From contig CBFGIV010000054.1 of NCBI GenBank assembly GCA_965648915.1, positions 1-15,617 of the forward strand: a stretch of DNA of 15,617 bases, given 5' to 3'. Below the pieces are notes generated by a model, which saw only the letters and a program-made list of their open reading frames with translations, did no database searches and had not been told where the DNA came from. The stretch is from a candidate division WOR-3 bacterium. Its GTDB lineage: Bacteria > Hydrothermota > Tepidihabitantia > SM23-42 > CAYGYG01. Within the stretch, counting starts at the first letter, position 1; each line of letters opens with the position of its first letter. Positions 7,009 through 14,996 of this stretch are shown piece by piece. Made by a program: the position numbers and the translations under genes.

Positions 7009-9324
7009 TTATTTTTTGCACGGAGAATATTTTTGGCCCGGCTCATCATAAGATTGCGGTCTCAGACTTCGAAGTAATTCCTCCAGAAGGATAATCGCAC
7101 CTTTCTTATCCAGGGGCCAATTATCATTGCCACACTTCGGTGACATTATGCAGGAGGGGCAACCATCAGAACAATTACAGGTGGTAATTAGATCATATGC
7201 CATCTTCACTGCCTCATCGAATATCTCATAACCTTTTTCACTGAGACCGATTCCACCTTCAAAACCTTCATAGATAAAGATGGCAGGTTGATTTGTATCC
7301 GGATGGTTCGGGGTGGACAGCCCGCCCAGGTCCCGCATATCACACATCACAAAGAACGGCAGAATATTTATCAGGCTGTGTTCTAAACTATGAATACTGC
7401 CCTGAAAGTCAAAACCTCTATCCCTGACCTTATTTTCGATCTTCTCTGAGATTGTCCACCAGAGAGATTTGGTCCGGTAGTTTATCGGCGGAAGTTCGAT
7501 TTGTTCAACACCAATGACCTGGTCAAATCTCTTCTTCTTATACTTAACATATTGTTCAGTTACAGAGACGGTTCCAAAGTAGATTACAAAATCCCTCAGG
7601 AACCGGCGATCCAGTTCTTCAACAATTCTTACATCTGAAACCATAACCGGTTGGGTAAAATAGTCGACCGCCTCTTTCTTAACTTTAATCCAGCAGTCTT
7701 TAGTATCGATCTCCTGCACAACATAGGTCTCGCCCTGATGGTGAATAACTGCTCCCTGATAACCATCACGAAATGCCTGAGCACGATCCATTGTCTCGAG
7801 TAACTCCCCATCACAGAGGACAGCAAAGATAGAAGAAGTTATATTTTCAAGGGTGACCGTGTCGTGCGGACGACTGCGGGCTGAATAGACCCAGCCCCTG
7901 GTTGTATCCTGAACCAATCCCGCCTGAGCAAGATCTTCAAGCATCGACTTTAAATCTTCACCGAAGTAACGATTGTCAACAGTTTGATTGATCGGCATCT
8001 CAGCCGCCGCACATAAGATATGACCCGAGGCGATAAATGGATTGGTAAGATCAACGGTTGCATTTTCTACTGATTGTTTGAACAATCTTTCGGGATGTTT
8101 TACAAGATACTGATCCAGTGGATCAGGAAAGGCAACGAGAACTACAATCGAGTCTTCAAGCAGACGGCCGGACCTGCCCGCCTGTTGATGGATTGAAATC
8201 AGAGTTCCTGGAAACCCCGAGATAATCACACAGTCGAGTGAACCAATGTCGATGCCGAGTTCTAAAGCATTGGTTGAAGTTATCCCCATAATATGCCCAT
8301 TTTTCAGTGAATTCTCCAGTTTCCGACGTTCCTCAGGAAGATAACCTGCTCGATACGCAAATATTCTATCGGCGAGCGTCGAATTTATCTTTTCGAGTTC
8401 TTTTTTTGTTGAAGTGGCAAGCAATTCAGCCATCCTCCGGGAGGCTGTAAAGCAGAGAGTTTGCACGCCATTCTTTACAAAATGGAGTAAAAGTTTCTTT
8501 GTCGCCTCGAATGTGGAAGAGCCTTTATCAAAATTATGATGAGGATTGTATAATATGAAAAACTTCCTCCCTTTCGGTGATTTATCATCAGACACAAGCG
8601 TGAACTTCTCACCGACCAGTTTCTGGCTGAATTCTATCGGATTGGCAACTGTGGCCGATGAGAGAATAAACTGTGGTGAAGATCCATAATGATGGCACAA
8701 CCGTTTAAATCTTCTCATCAGATATGCAAAATTTGAGCCAAAGACGCCTCGATACCGGTGAGCCTCGTCGATAACAACAAATCTTAAGTTGCTTAGAAAT
8801 CTCCGCCATTTGATATGCCAGGGAAGAATGAGATGGAGTTCAAAAGGATTGGACATAATTATTCGAGATTTCTCTCTGATCGTCGATCTCCGGGACGCCG
8901 GGGTATCGCCATCGTAGATATCGGGATCAACAACTATCCCGCTTATCCTTTCAAACTCAGTAACAAATTTTAATTGATCATTAGCCAGGGCCTTTGCCGG
9001 ATAGAGGTATAAAGCAGTCGCGTGCGGTTCTTTCTCGAGGAGTTCAAAAATTGGAATATTGAAAGCAAGGGTCTTCCCCGATGCCGTTGGTGTGGTTATG
9101 ATGATATTTTCACCTTTCCTCAATAATTCTATCGCACGACATTGATGTTGATAGAGGCAGATATTCTTTACCCCGAGGTATTTTTTTATTCCCGAGCCCT
9201 CTTCGATCTCCAGTTCACCGAAGACCGGTTTCTGAGCCGGGATAATTTCAATATGGGTAATTGCGGGTGCGAATCTTTCGTCTCGACTTAAAAGTTCAAG
9301 AGCCTGCGCTACGTACTCCGACAT
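7009..9324 (-). CDS. mrfA: SF2 DEAH-box helicase with a C-terminal DUF1998 four-Cys domain (YprA/MrfA/SftH/Hrq1 family)
   Basis: 771 aa. LYQHQ Q-motif, TPTASGKT (I), YPAKALANDQ (Ia), DEAH (II), SAT (III), TNALELGIDIG (V), QQAGRSGR (VI), and C-terminal CNCSDGCPSC. Adjacent to a YprB-like nuclease. The symbol is family-level; orthology was not tested. Confidence 0.92.
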   Translation of the reverse strand: MSEYVAQALELLSRDERFAPAITHIEIIPAQKPVFGELEIEEGSGIKKYLGVKNICLYQHQCRAIELLRKGENIIITTPTASGKTLAFNIPIFELLEKEPHATALYLYPAKALANDQLKFVTEFERISGIVVDPDIYDGDTPASRRSTIREKSRIIMSNPFELHLILPWHIKWRRFLSNLRFVVIDEAHRYRGVFGSNFAYLMRRFKRLCHHYGSSPQFILSSATVANPIEFSQKLVGEKFTLVSDDKSPKGRKFFILYNPHHNFDKGSSTFEATKKLLLHFVKNGVQTLCFTASRRMAELLATSTKKELEKINSTLADRIFAYRAGYLPEERRKLENSLKNGHIMGITSTNALELGIDIGSLDCVIISGFPGTLISIHQQAGRSGRLLEDSIVVLVAFPDPLDQYLVKHPERLFKQSVENATVDLTNPFIASGHILCAAAEMPINQTVDNRYFGEDLKSMLEDLAQAGLVQDTTRGWVYSARSRPHDTVTLENITSSIFAVLCDGELLETMDRAQAFRDGYQGAVIHHQGETYVVQEIDTKDCWIKVKKEAVDYFTQPVMVSDVRIVEELDRRFLRDFVIYFGTVSVTEQYVKYKKKRFDQVIGVEQIELPPINYRTKSLWWTISEKIENKVRDRGFDFQGSIHSLEHSLINILPFFVMCDMRDLGGLSTPNHPDTNQPAIFIYEGFEGGIGLSEKGYEIFDEAVKMAYDLITTCNCSDGCPSCIMSPKCGNDNWPLDKKGAIILLEELLRSLRPQSYDEPGQKYSPCKK

Positions 9325-10385
9325 ACGGTATGGAGTCTGGCAAATATCGAAGCGAGGCTGATTAAATCCTGAAGGTTGTGTTCAACAATTGGCACCAGGG
9401 GGCCACAATTTTTATGTAAGAGATAGGTCTCGTAAAATTCCGGAACCAGAGCACTCGGTATATCATTCTTCCTTACAGTTCCAAAGAGACACCTCTCCAG
9501 GGTTGTCAGCTGGCAGTTAGGCACAAATTTACCAAAAATTCTCCGGGTAAAATAGAGGGCATCAAAATGGGGTCGCTCCAGGTCGCCATCAATGCAGTAA
9601 TAGGCCATACGCTGCTTGATAGAGGGAATATCAAAGGCAAGGCCATTGAAGGTTATAAAAACAGTCTGCTCATTAATATGGGATAAAAAACCGACCAGTC
9701 CGGCTGCTTCTTCCTCGATATTTCGAATCAGATACTGATGAAGATAAATTTTACGGCCTCTAATCTGGGCGACACCGATGAGGATTATTGGCCGGGTAAA
9801 GATACCCATCGATTCGATATCGACAACGAGGTAGTCTTCAACCCGATGTAAGCCAGATGTAAGAAGGATTAGAGGATGGGATTTTGGTAGCCATTGGGTC
9901 AGGAGATTTAATAGATCGGTCAGATCACCACGATCTATTATCTCCAGACACCTCCGGGCTTCAGACCCGAACCGCGGGTGATCGCAGAGGGTCTCGATCG
10001 ATGAATAACCTTCCTGCCTTAACTTTTCTGCCGTTACCGGTCCAATGCCGCGGATTAATTTCAACTCAGAGATAATCATCTCCCGGATCACGACTGGGGC
10101 AATCGGTTCGATAGAAAAGTCTTTTTGATGGCTGATATAATAACAACAGCCCGCTTCGTTTTCAATTACTTTCCCAGGTATCGCCTCTTCAATGGTGTAT
10201 CCATCATAACTCTGGATGAGTTCTTTTTTAATCTTCTCTGCATTGCGGAAAGCATCAACTCCAACACGGGTATCGATGAAGGAAGTATCAACATCATAAA
10301 TATATTCACTTTCAACAATCTTATACTCTTTTCTCTTCTGTAAGAGTTCCTGCCAGTGGCGACCGATACCCCGGGATCGATCCAT
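9309..10385 (-). CDS. mrfB: YprB/MrfB-like RNase H-fold (DEDDh) exonuclease with a helix-hairpin-helix motif
   Basis: 358 aa. HhH motif LIRGIGPVTAEKL, ExoI VVDIES, ExoII TFNGLAFDIP, HFDAL and ExoIII HNLQD. It overlaps the helicase start by 16 bp. The symbol is family-level. Confidence 0.85.
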   Translation of the reverse strand: MDRSRGIGRHWQELLQKRKEYKIVESEYIYDVDTSFIDTRVGVDAFRNAEKIKKELIQSYDGYTIEEAIPGKVIENEAGCCYYISHQKDFSIEPIAPVVIREMIISELKLIRGIGPVTAEKLRQEGYSSIETLCDHPRFGSEARRCLEIIDRGDLTDLLNLLTQWLPKSHPLILLTSGLHRVEDYLVVDIESMGIFTRPIILIGVAQIRGRKIYLHQYLIRNIEEEAAGLVGFLSHINEQTVFITFNGLAFDIPSIKQRMAYYCIDGDLERPHFDALYFTRRIFGKFVPNCQLTTLERCLFGTVRKNDIPSALVPEFYETYLLHKNCGPLVPIVEHNLQDLISLASIFARLHTVCRST

Positions 10386-10387
10386 CT

Positions 10388-13165
10388 CTATCTTATGATT
10401 GCCAACTTTTCAATGTCCTTGCCTGGATGGCCTAAAAAGAGAATACAGTAGAGACCGCTACCGACCTTGCCCCCTTTCCGGTCTCTTAAATTCCAGATAA
10501 ATGCGGCAAAGGGTGAATTGGGGTCCTTCGAATTATAGAGCCCGGGTAAGAGCGATACCCTCGTGCTATCATAGACAAGACGGCCTGACATCGAAAAGAT
10601 TTTTAACTCTACTGAAGAGAGTTCGTATATCTTGAAAGGTATATAGGCAAGGGTATCATTATCCCTGCAGATCAAAGGATTGGGAAATGGTGGCAGGAGA
10701 TATGTGATCTGGGTGTCGATCAATGGTGGAGATATAAAGAATGCCTTTTCCGCATCGGGCCAGCCATAACCCATCGTGTCATTTGGACTACCGGCAAGAC
10801 TGGCGGTCTTGAAGAGTGCATTCTTCACCGAATCTGCAGACCAGTTCGGATGGCCTTCAAGTAAAAGGGCGCAGATCCCGCTGACCAGAGCAGTTGCACC
10901 CGATGTCCCACTTGAATAGAAATACTGACTGGCGGTGTCATAAGAAGCGACCGTATAGTTCTTGGCCAGACAGACAAGTTCGGGTTTCATCCTCCGGTCA
11001 CGGGTCGGGCCATAACCACTGCCCCGCCACCGACCAAAGGATGTATCAATCCCGCCTACCGTTATCACCCCATCTGCATCACCTGGAGCAACAAGATAGG
11101 GCCTGGGCGTAATTGTATCGGAACGGTTGCCGGCTGCGGTCACAATTAACATACCCCGCTTACTGGCAAATTCGCAGGCAATTGAGGTCGGCGCGGTCTT
11201 ACCATCCATACTATCTGGCCAGTACCATCTTGAATAGCCGAGTGAACTATTTACCACATCGACCCCTTTGCCCTCAAGCCATTCAAGGCCAGCAATATAG
11301 GTATCCTCTTCAATCGGAAATTCATATGCAGGATCAGAATTTTCAGTCTTGGCCATATAGAATTCAGCCGAAGGTGCAACGCCAACATAGGTTCCGGTCT
11401 TGAACCCACCGACAATACTCACCATATGGGTACCGTGATCGGGCTGTGACCGATTTGGGTCATTCGGTTCATAATCGGTGTTGTTATCTCCTCTCCAGAC
11501 CCAGAAATTGAAGAGATTGGTATCGTTCTGAAAAGTTAAATATTCCGGCGTGGGCAGATAAAAGAAATCACCGCGCAGACTGTCGAGATTACCAAACGAA
11601 GACCCGCTGTTATTGGACCGACGATAATAGACCTTACCCCACCGCTCCCATTCAACAAAGACCTGATTATCTTTTACGGCAACTCCCAGTTTTCCAACTG
11701 CGGGCAGAGGATTCGAAGTCAGGTTCTGTTCACCTTGCCAGGTAAGACCGAAGTCGGTCGATTTTAAGAAGACAATATAGGGTGACGGCAGATCTGAATA
11801 TTTCTTACAGATGAGATAGATTGTGTCAAAACTTGTTGCTAAAGCAAAATCGGTTGCAGTGGAAAGAACCGTCTGAGATGTAAAATTCTGCCCCCGGTCG
11901 ATTGACCTTAAGAAGATAATATTTTTGGTCGGATAGGTATAAAATAAGATTCCAACCAGACTGTCGGTCGGCAGAGAACTCCTTGTAATGACCCAGGGTT
12001 TCCTTATCTTCTGATTGGAGTGGTAGATGATATTTTCTGAAAGGAAGCCACCAACCGTTCCTTTACGCATCAGCAATACAGTATCGGAGAATATGTCATA
12101 AGCCGAGACATAAGAAAGGAAAAAGGTATCACCGATTACCCCGGCTGAAGGATATAATCCATTGTAAAAATTGCCTATAGTGTCCCAGAGAGAATTGTAA
12201 CGAGCCATTCCCCAGATCTCACTGGGTGTTTTATATCTATGGTAGAAGAGATAGACCGTGTCCTGGCCGCAGAGCCAGGGATAACCCGCATTAGAATATA
12301 GATCAGATAGTTGTCCTTCAGTCCAGGTCCTGCCACCGTCTAAAGACCGCAGACCGTAAAGTCCCCGGAAACCAGAGCCAGCAACCGCCGAGTCTTTGGA
12401 ATATATAACAAAATCTTCAGTCCGGCCATCGTGGACGAAAATTTCGCCAATCAGTCCCTTACTCATTGGTGGATTGGTCCTTATCGAAAAAGGCAATGTA
12501 TCAAAACAGACCCGATCGCCACTGATAAAGTCATACTGGCCGGCGAGTTTGATGTATCGAAATACCTCATGTTTATCACTAAATCCCGAGTCCAGGAAAC
12601 CGACCTTAACCTTTGATCCAAAGATACCCCGTTTATGGAGACGATCGATATTAAACATCCGGTGCTGGTGATAGGAAAATGCGGTTGTATCCGAAACCTG
12701 TCTGACAGCAGGAGATTCAAGTTCATTAAAAATCTCATAATGGGCAACCGGTTTGATCTTATAGACAAAGTCGAAATTAGCAATCCGTTCTAAGACATTT
12801 TTCGGTAATAAAAAACTTGCGCCGTTCAGCCACTTTGATTCCCAGCGTAAGACCCCACCTGCAGCGTGAATTTCATCAATATAATCAGTGCAAAGAGGTA
12901 GATCACCAAAATCATAAACCCCTCCCCTCTTCTTTCTCCTCATTTTTGAGGCCGGGGCGATATATTGCTGGTTTCCGCTCAGTGCCCGCTGATAGTCTGA
13001 AGCAGTAAAAACTCCCTTGTCGGTAAAGTATACCCAGACCAGGATTTGATCCCCACTGATCTGATAACAACCTGGATCGATCTTCGGGCTATCCGGCTTC
13101 CGGTAAAGGTAGTTAAAATCAAAATCCGCATTGCTCAAAATTATAATGAATAACGCTGTAAACAT
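10388..13165 (-). CDS. Secreted S8 (subtilisin-like) serine peptidase with an internal Asp-box/BNR repeat insert and a C-terminal FlgD-Ig/T9SS-like domain
   Basis: 925 aa with a hydrophobic N-terminus and a propeptide-like region (WVYFTDKG, SKWLNGAS). Triad FLDSG (D192), DHGT (H577), SGTSGA (S755), plus the oxyanion motif AAGN. C-terminal PFPNP...LKIFSMSGRLV...WNLRD...VGSGLY. SD AAGGAGG. Confidence 0.92.
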   Translation of the reverse strand: MFTALFIIILSNADFDFNYLYRKPDSPKIDPGCYQISGDQILVWVYFTDKGVFTASDYQRALSGNQQYIAPASKMRRKKRGGVYDFGDLPLCTDYIDEIHAAGGVLRWESKWLNGASFLLPKNVLERIANFDFVYKIKPVAHYEIFNELESPAVRQVSDTTAFSYHQHRMFNIDRLHKRGIFGSKVKVGFLDSGFSDKHEVFRYIKLAGQYDFISGDRVCFDTLPFSIRTNPPMSKGLIGEIFVHDGRTEDFVIYSKDSAVAGSGFRGLYGLRSLDGGRTWTEGQLSDLYSNAGYPWLCGQDTVYLFYHRYKTPSEIWGMARYNSLWDTIGNFYNGLYPSAGVIGDTFFLSYVSAYDIFSDTVLLMRKGTVGGFLSENIIYHSNQKIRKPWVITRSSLPTDSLVGILFYTYPTKNIIFLRSIDRGQNFTSQTVLSTATDFALATSFDTIYLICKKYSDLPSPYIVFLKSTDFGLTWQGEQNLTSNPLPAVGKLGVAVKDNQVFVEWERWGKVYYRRSNNSGSSFGNLDSLRGDFFYLPTPEYLTFQNDTNLFNFWVWRGDNNTDYEPNDPNRSQPDHGTHMVSIVGGFKTGTYVGVAPSAEFYMAKTENSDPAYEFPIEEDTYIAGLEWLEGKGVDVVNSSLGYSRWYWPDSMDGKTAPTSIACEFASKRGMLIVTAAGNRSDTITPRPYLVAPGDADGVITVGGIDTSFGRWRGSGYGPTRDRRMKPELVCLAKNYTVASYDTASQYFYSSGTSGATALVSGICALLLEGHPNWSADSVKNALFKTASLAGSPNDTMGYGWPDAEKAFFISPPLIDTQITYLLPPFPNPLICRDNDTLAYIPFKIYELSSVELKIFSMSGRLVYDSTRVSLLPGLYNSKDPNSPFAAFIWNLRDRKGGKVGSGLYCILFLGHPGKDIEKLAIIR

Positions 13166-13179
13166 TAAACCTCCTTAAT

Positions 13180-13845
13180 TCAATAGATACGATAGCGTGA
13201 CCGTTGTTTAAATTTAAATGGCAAAGCAATTATGACTCCGGCGACAAATCCTCCGATATGGGCAAAATAGGCAACCCCGGCGTTTGCCCCCCAGAGGGCG
13301 AAACCGTAAAGCAATTGCAGGACAAACCAGAAACCGAGAAAGAAGACTGCCGGCACATAGATCAGCCTCATAAAAAAACCGAGCGGGACAAGGGCAAGGA
13401 CCCGTGCCCGGGGATAAAGCAGAAAGTATCCACCCATAACGCCTGAGATCGCTCCGCTGGCGCCGACTGATGGGATGACGGAGCGGGCTGAAAATAGTGT
13501 ATGCAACAGGCTCCCTGCCAGACCGCACACTAAATAAAAGAAGAGAAAGCCGATCGGGCTGAAGACATCTTCAACATTGTCACCAAATACCCAGAGATAA
13601 AGGAGATTGCCTGCGATGTGGAGAAAATTGGCATGGATAAACATTGAGGTAAACAGGGTAAGGATCGAATGGGCATCGGTATTGTAGATCAGATTATATG
13701 GCACAAATCCAAAGTCATTTATAAAGAAACGGAGTTCCTGACCGAGCCCAACTTCATAGATATAGACCAGGCAATTTAACCCGATAAGAATAAAATTGAC
13801 GATCGGCAGACGCTGCGACCTTATATCATCTCTTAAAGGAATCAT
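13180..13845 (-). CDS. Rhomboid-family intramembrane serine protease
   Basis: HANFLHIAGNLLYLWVFG, catalytic GASG and AHIGG motifs, and multiple TM segments. The likely start is the ATG at 13845 (MIPLRD), which overlaps the ispF stop (ATGA), rather than 13878. Confidence 0.93.
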   Translation of the reverse strand: MIPLRDDIRSQRLPIVNFILIGLNCLVYIYEVGLGQELRFFINDFGFVPYNLIYNTDAHSILTLFTSMFIHANFLHIAGNLLYLWVFGDNVEDVFSPIGFLFFYLVCGLAGSLLHTLFSARSVIPSVGASGAISGVMGGYFLLYPRARVLALVPLGFFMRLIYVPAVFFLGFWFVLQLLYGFALWGANAGVAYFAHIGGFVAGVIIALPFKFKQRSRYRIY

Positions 13846-14312
13846 CTCTTTAAAACCTGACAGACGGCAATGGCACAAATCCCTTCGCGCCGACCAGTAA
13901 ATCCCATCCCCTCAGTCGTCTTCCCCTTAATTGAAACATATTCTTCTTTAATTTTAAGAATCTCGGCGAGCTGCTTTTTCATCTTTTCGACATACGGGCT
14001 GATCTTTGGTTCCTGGGCAATAATGCAGGAGTCAATATTTACAATCTTAATCTTCTTCTTCCTTAAAAGTCTTGTGACCTTTTTCAAGATCATAAGGCTC
14101 GATATGTTACGCCATCTCTTATCCGAATCGGGAAAATAATGGCCGATATCTCTCAAACCCGCGGCACCGAGGAGCGCATCGACAATGGCATGGATCAAGA
14201 CATCGGCATCTGAGTGACCGGCCAGACCATACTTAAAAGGTATCTCTTCCCCACCTAAGATCAATTTTCGATTCCGTGCAAACCGGTGGGCATCAAATCC
14301 AATACCAATCAT
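13842..14312 (-). CDS. ispF: 2-C-methyl-D-erythritol 2,4-cyclodiphosphate synthase
   Basis: IGIGFDAHRF, GHSDADVLIHAIVDALLGA, DIGHYFPD and KGKTTEGMGFTGRREGI. The start is placed at ATG 14312 (MIGIGFD) because IspF proteins begin at about this motif and the upstream ATG (14339) lies inside the promoter. Confidence 0.97.
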   Translation of the reverse strand: MIGIGFDAHRFARNRKLILGGEEIPFKYGLAGHSDADVLIHAIVDALLGAAGLRDIGHYFPDSDKRWRNISSLMILKKVTRLLRKKKIKIVNIDSCIIAQEPKISPYVEKMKKQLAEILKIKEEYVSIKGKTTEGMGFTGRREGICAIAVCQVLKR

Positions 14313-14318
14313 TATATT

Positions 14319-14346
14319 ATCATAATTATTTTTAATCATAAGTCAA
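14319..14346 (-). promoter_or_regulatory. Sigma70-type promoter of ispF, probably producing a leaderless transcript
   Basis: Minus strand TTGACT (14346-14341)-N16-TATGAT (14324-14319)-N6-ATG. No SD sequence. Confidence 0.7.
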
Positions 14347-14396
14347 TAAGGATTGTCAAAAGGATTTAAGTGGAAGGGACAGTCCCCTGATGATAC

Positions 14397-14426
14397 GGTC
14401 TGTCTGGTTTATCTGGTCTTTCTGGT
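14397..14426. repeat. Degenerate 9-bp tandem repeat (3.3 copies)
   Basis: GGTCTGTCT GGTTTATCT GGTCTTTCT GGT, in the intergenic region between the divergent promoters. Confidence 0.65.
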
Positions 14427-14490
14427 GACCTCTTTGTGTGACAATTTGAATCTGATTATTTGCTGAGAAATCTTCTTTTTAGATATATTC

Positions 14491-14518
14491 TTGACTTTTT
14501 GTATATTTTTCTTATACT
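14491..14518 (+). promoter_or_regulatory. Sigma70-type promoter of the toxin-antitoxin pair, probably leaderless
   Basis: TTGACT (14491-14496)-N16-TATACT (14513-14518)-N6-GTG (14525). No SD sequence. Confidence 0.72.
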
Positions 14519-14524
14519 TTAAGA

Positions 14525-14746
14525 GTGGAAATAATATTTACTCGTCATGCAAAACGAAGAATGAAATGGCGCGAAATTAGAGAATCAGAAATTAAAGAAA
14601 CGATAAATTCACCCGATAGAGTTGAGACAGCGCTGTTTGGCAGGAAAAATGCTTATAAAAATATAGGCGATAAACTGCTTAAAGTGACCTACGTTGAAGA
14701 AAGCAGCAAAATTGTGATAATTAGTGTAGTTGATAAAAATCGTTAG
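14525..14746 (+). CDS. DUF4258-domain protein, putative RelE-like type II toxin
   Basis: 73 aa, basic. The IIFTRHAKRRM..R.I...I...I..PD and LKVTY...IVIISV pattern is typical of DUF4258. It lies directly upstream of a DUF2283 gene. Confidence 0.82.
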   Translation: MEIIFTRHAKRRMKWREIRESEIKETINSPDRVETALFGRKNAYKNIGDKLLKVTYVEESSKIVIISVVDKNR

Positions 14747-14754
14747 GAGGTTAA

Positions 14755-14967
14755 ATGAAGATTGAATATGATAAAGAAGCAGATGCTCTCTACATTTATA
14801 TTCAAGAAAAAACTGTGCATAGAACCAAAGAGATTGAAGACGGGATTTTAGTCGATTTCGACGCAGACAAACGTCTAATTGGTTTAGAGATTTTAGACGT
14901 CACCAAACGTTTTCCTCTTTCAGATATTGTCAATCTTCAGATCGAGAATCTACCCGTTGAAGTTTAG
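14755..14967 (+). CDS. DUF2283-domain protein, putative antitoxin
   Basis: 70 aa, acidic. MKIEYDKEADALYI...GILVDFD...LIGLEILD signature. SD AGGAGG. It starts 8 bp after the DUF4258 stop. Confidence 0.88.
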   Translation: MKIEYDKEADALYIYIQEKTVHRTKEIEDGILVDFDADKRLIGLEILDVTKRFPLSDIVNLQIENLPVEV

Positions 14968-14996
14968 CGAATTGACGAAATAATGAAGTTGGAAAT

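Noticed and set aside
5742..10385. DISARM, Druantia or Dpd-type defence system (DUF1998 helicase near methyltransferases)
   Set aside because: The helicase and DUF1998 are one YprA-sized protein paired with a YprB nuclease. The methyltransferases are small, lack DPPY/NPPY or PC DNA-methylase motifs, and no SNF2 or PLD partner is present.
11492..12514. Intein as the explanation for the subtilase insert
   Set aside because: There is no C-terminal His-Asn followed by Cys/Ser/Thr at the boundary and no LAGLIDADG motifs. The Asp-box repeats point to a propeller instead.
374..14139. Numerous 60-104 aa ORFs antisense to or nested in the long genes
   Set aside because: They are shadow ORFs of well-supported genes, with no recognisable motifs or ribosome-binding sites.
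14968..14996. Bidirectional terminator between the convergent genes
   Set aside because: The 29-bp gap has no GC-rich hairpin or U-tract.
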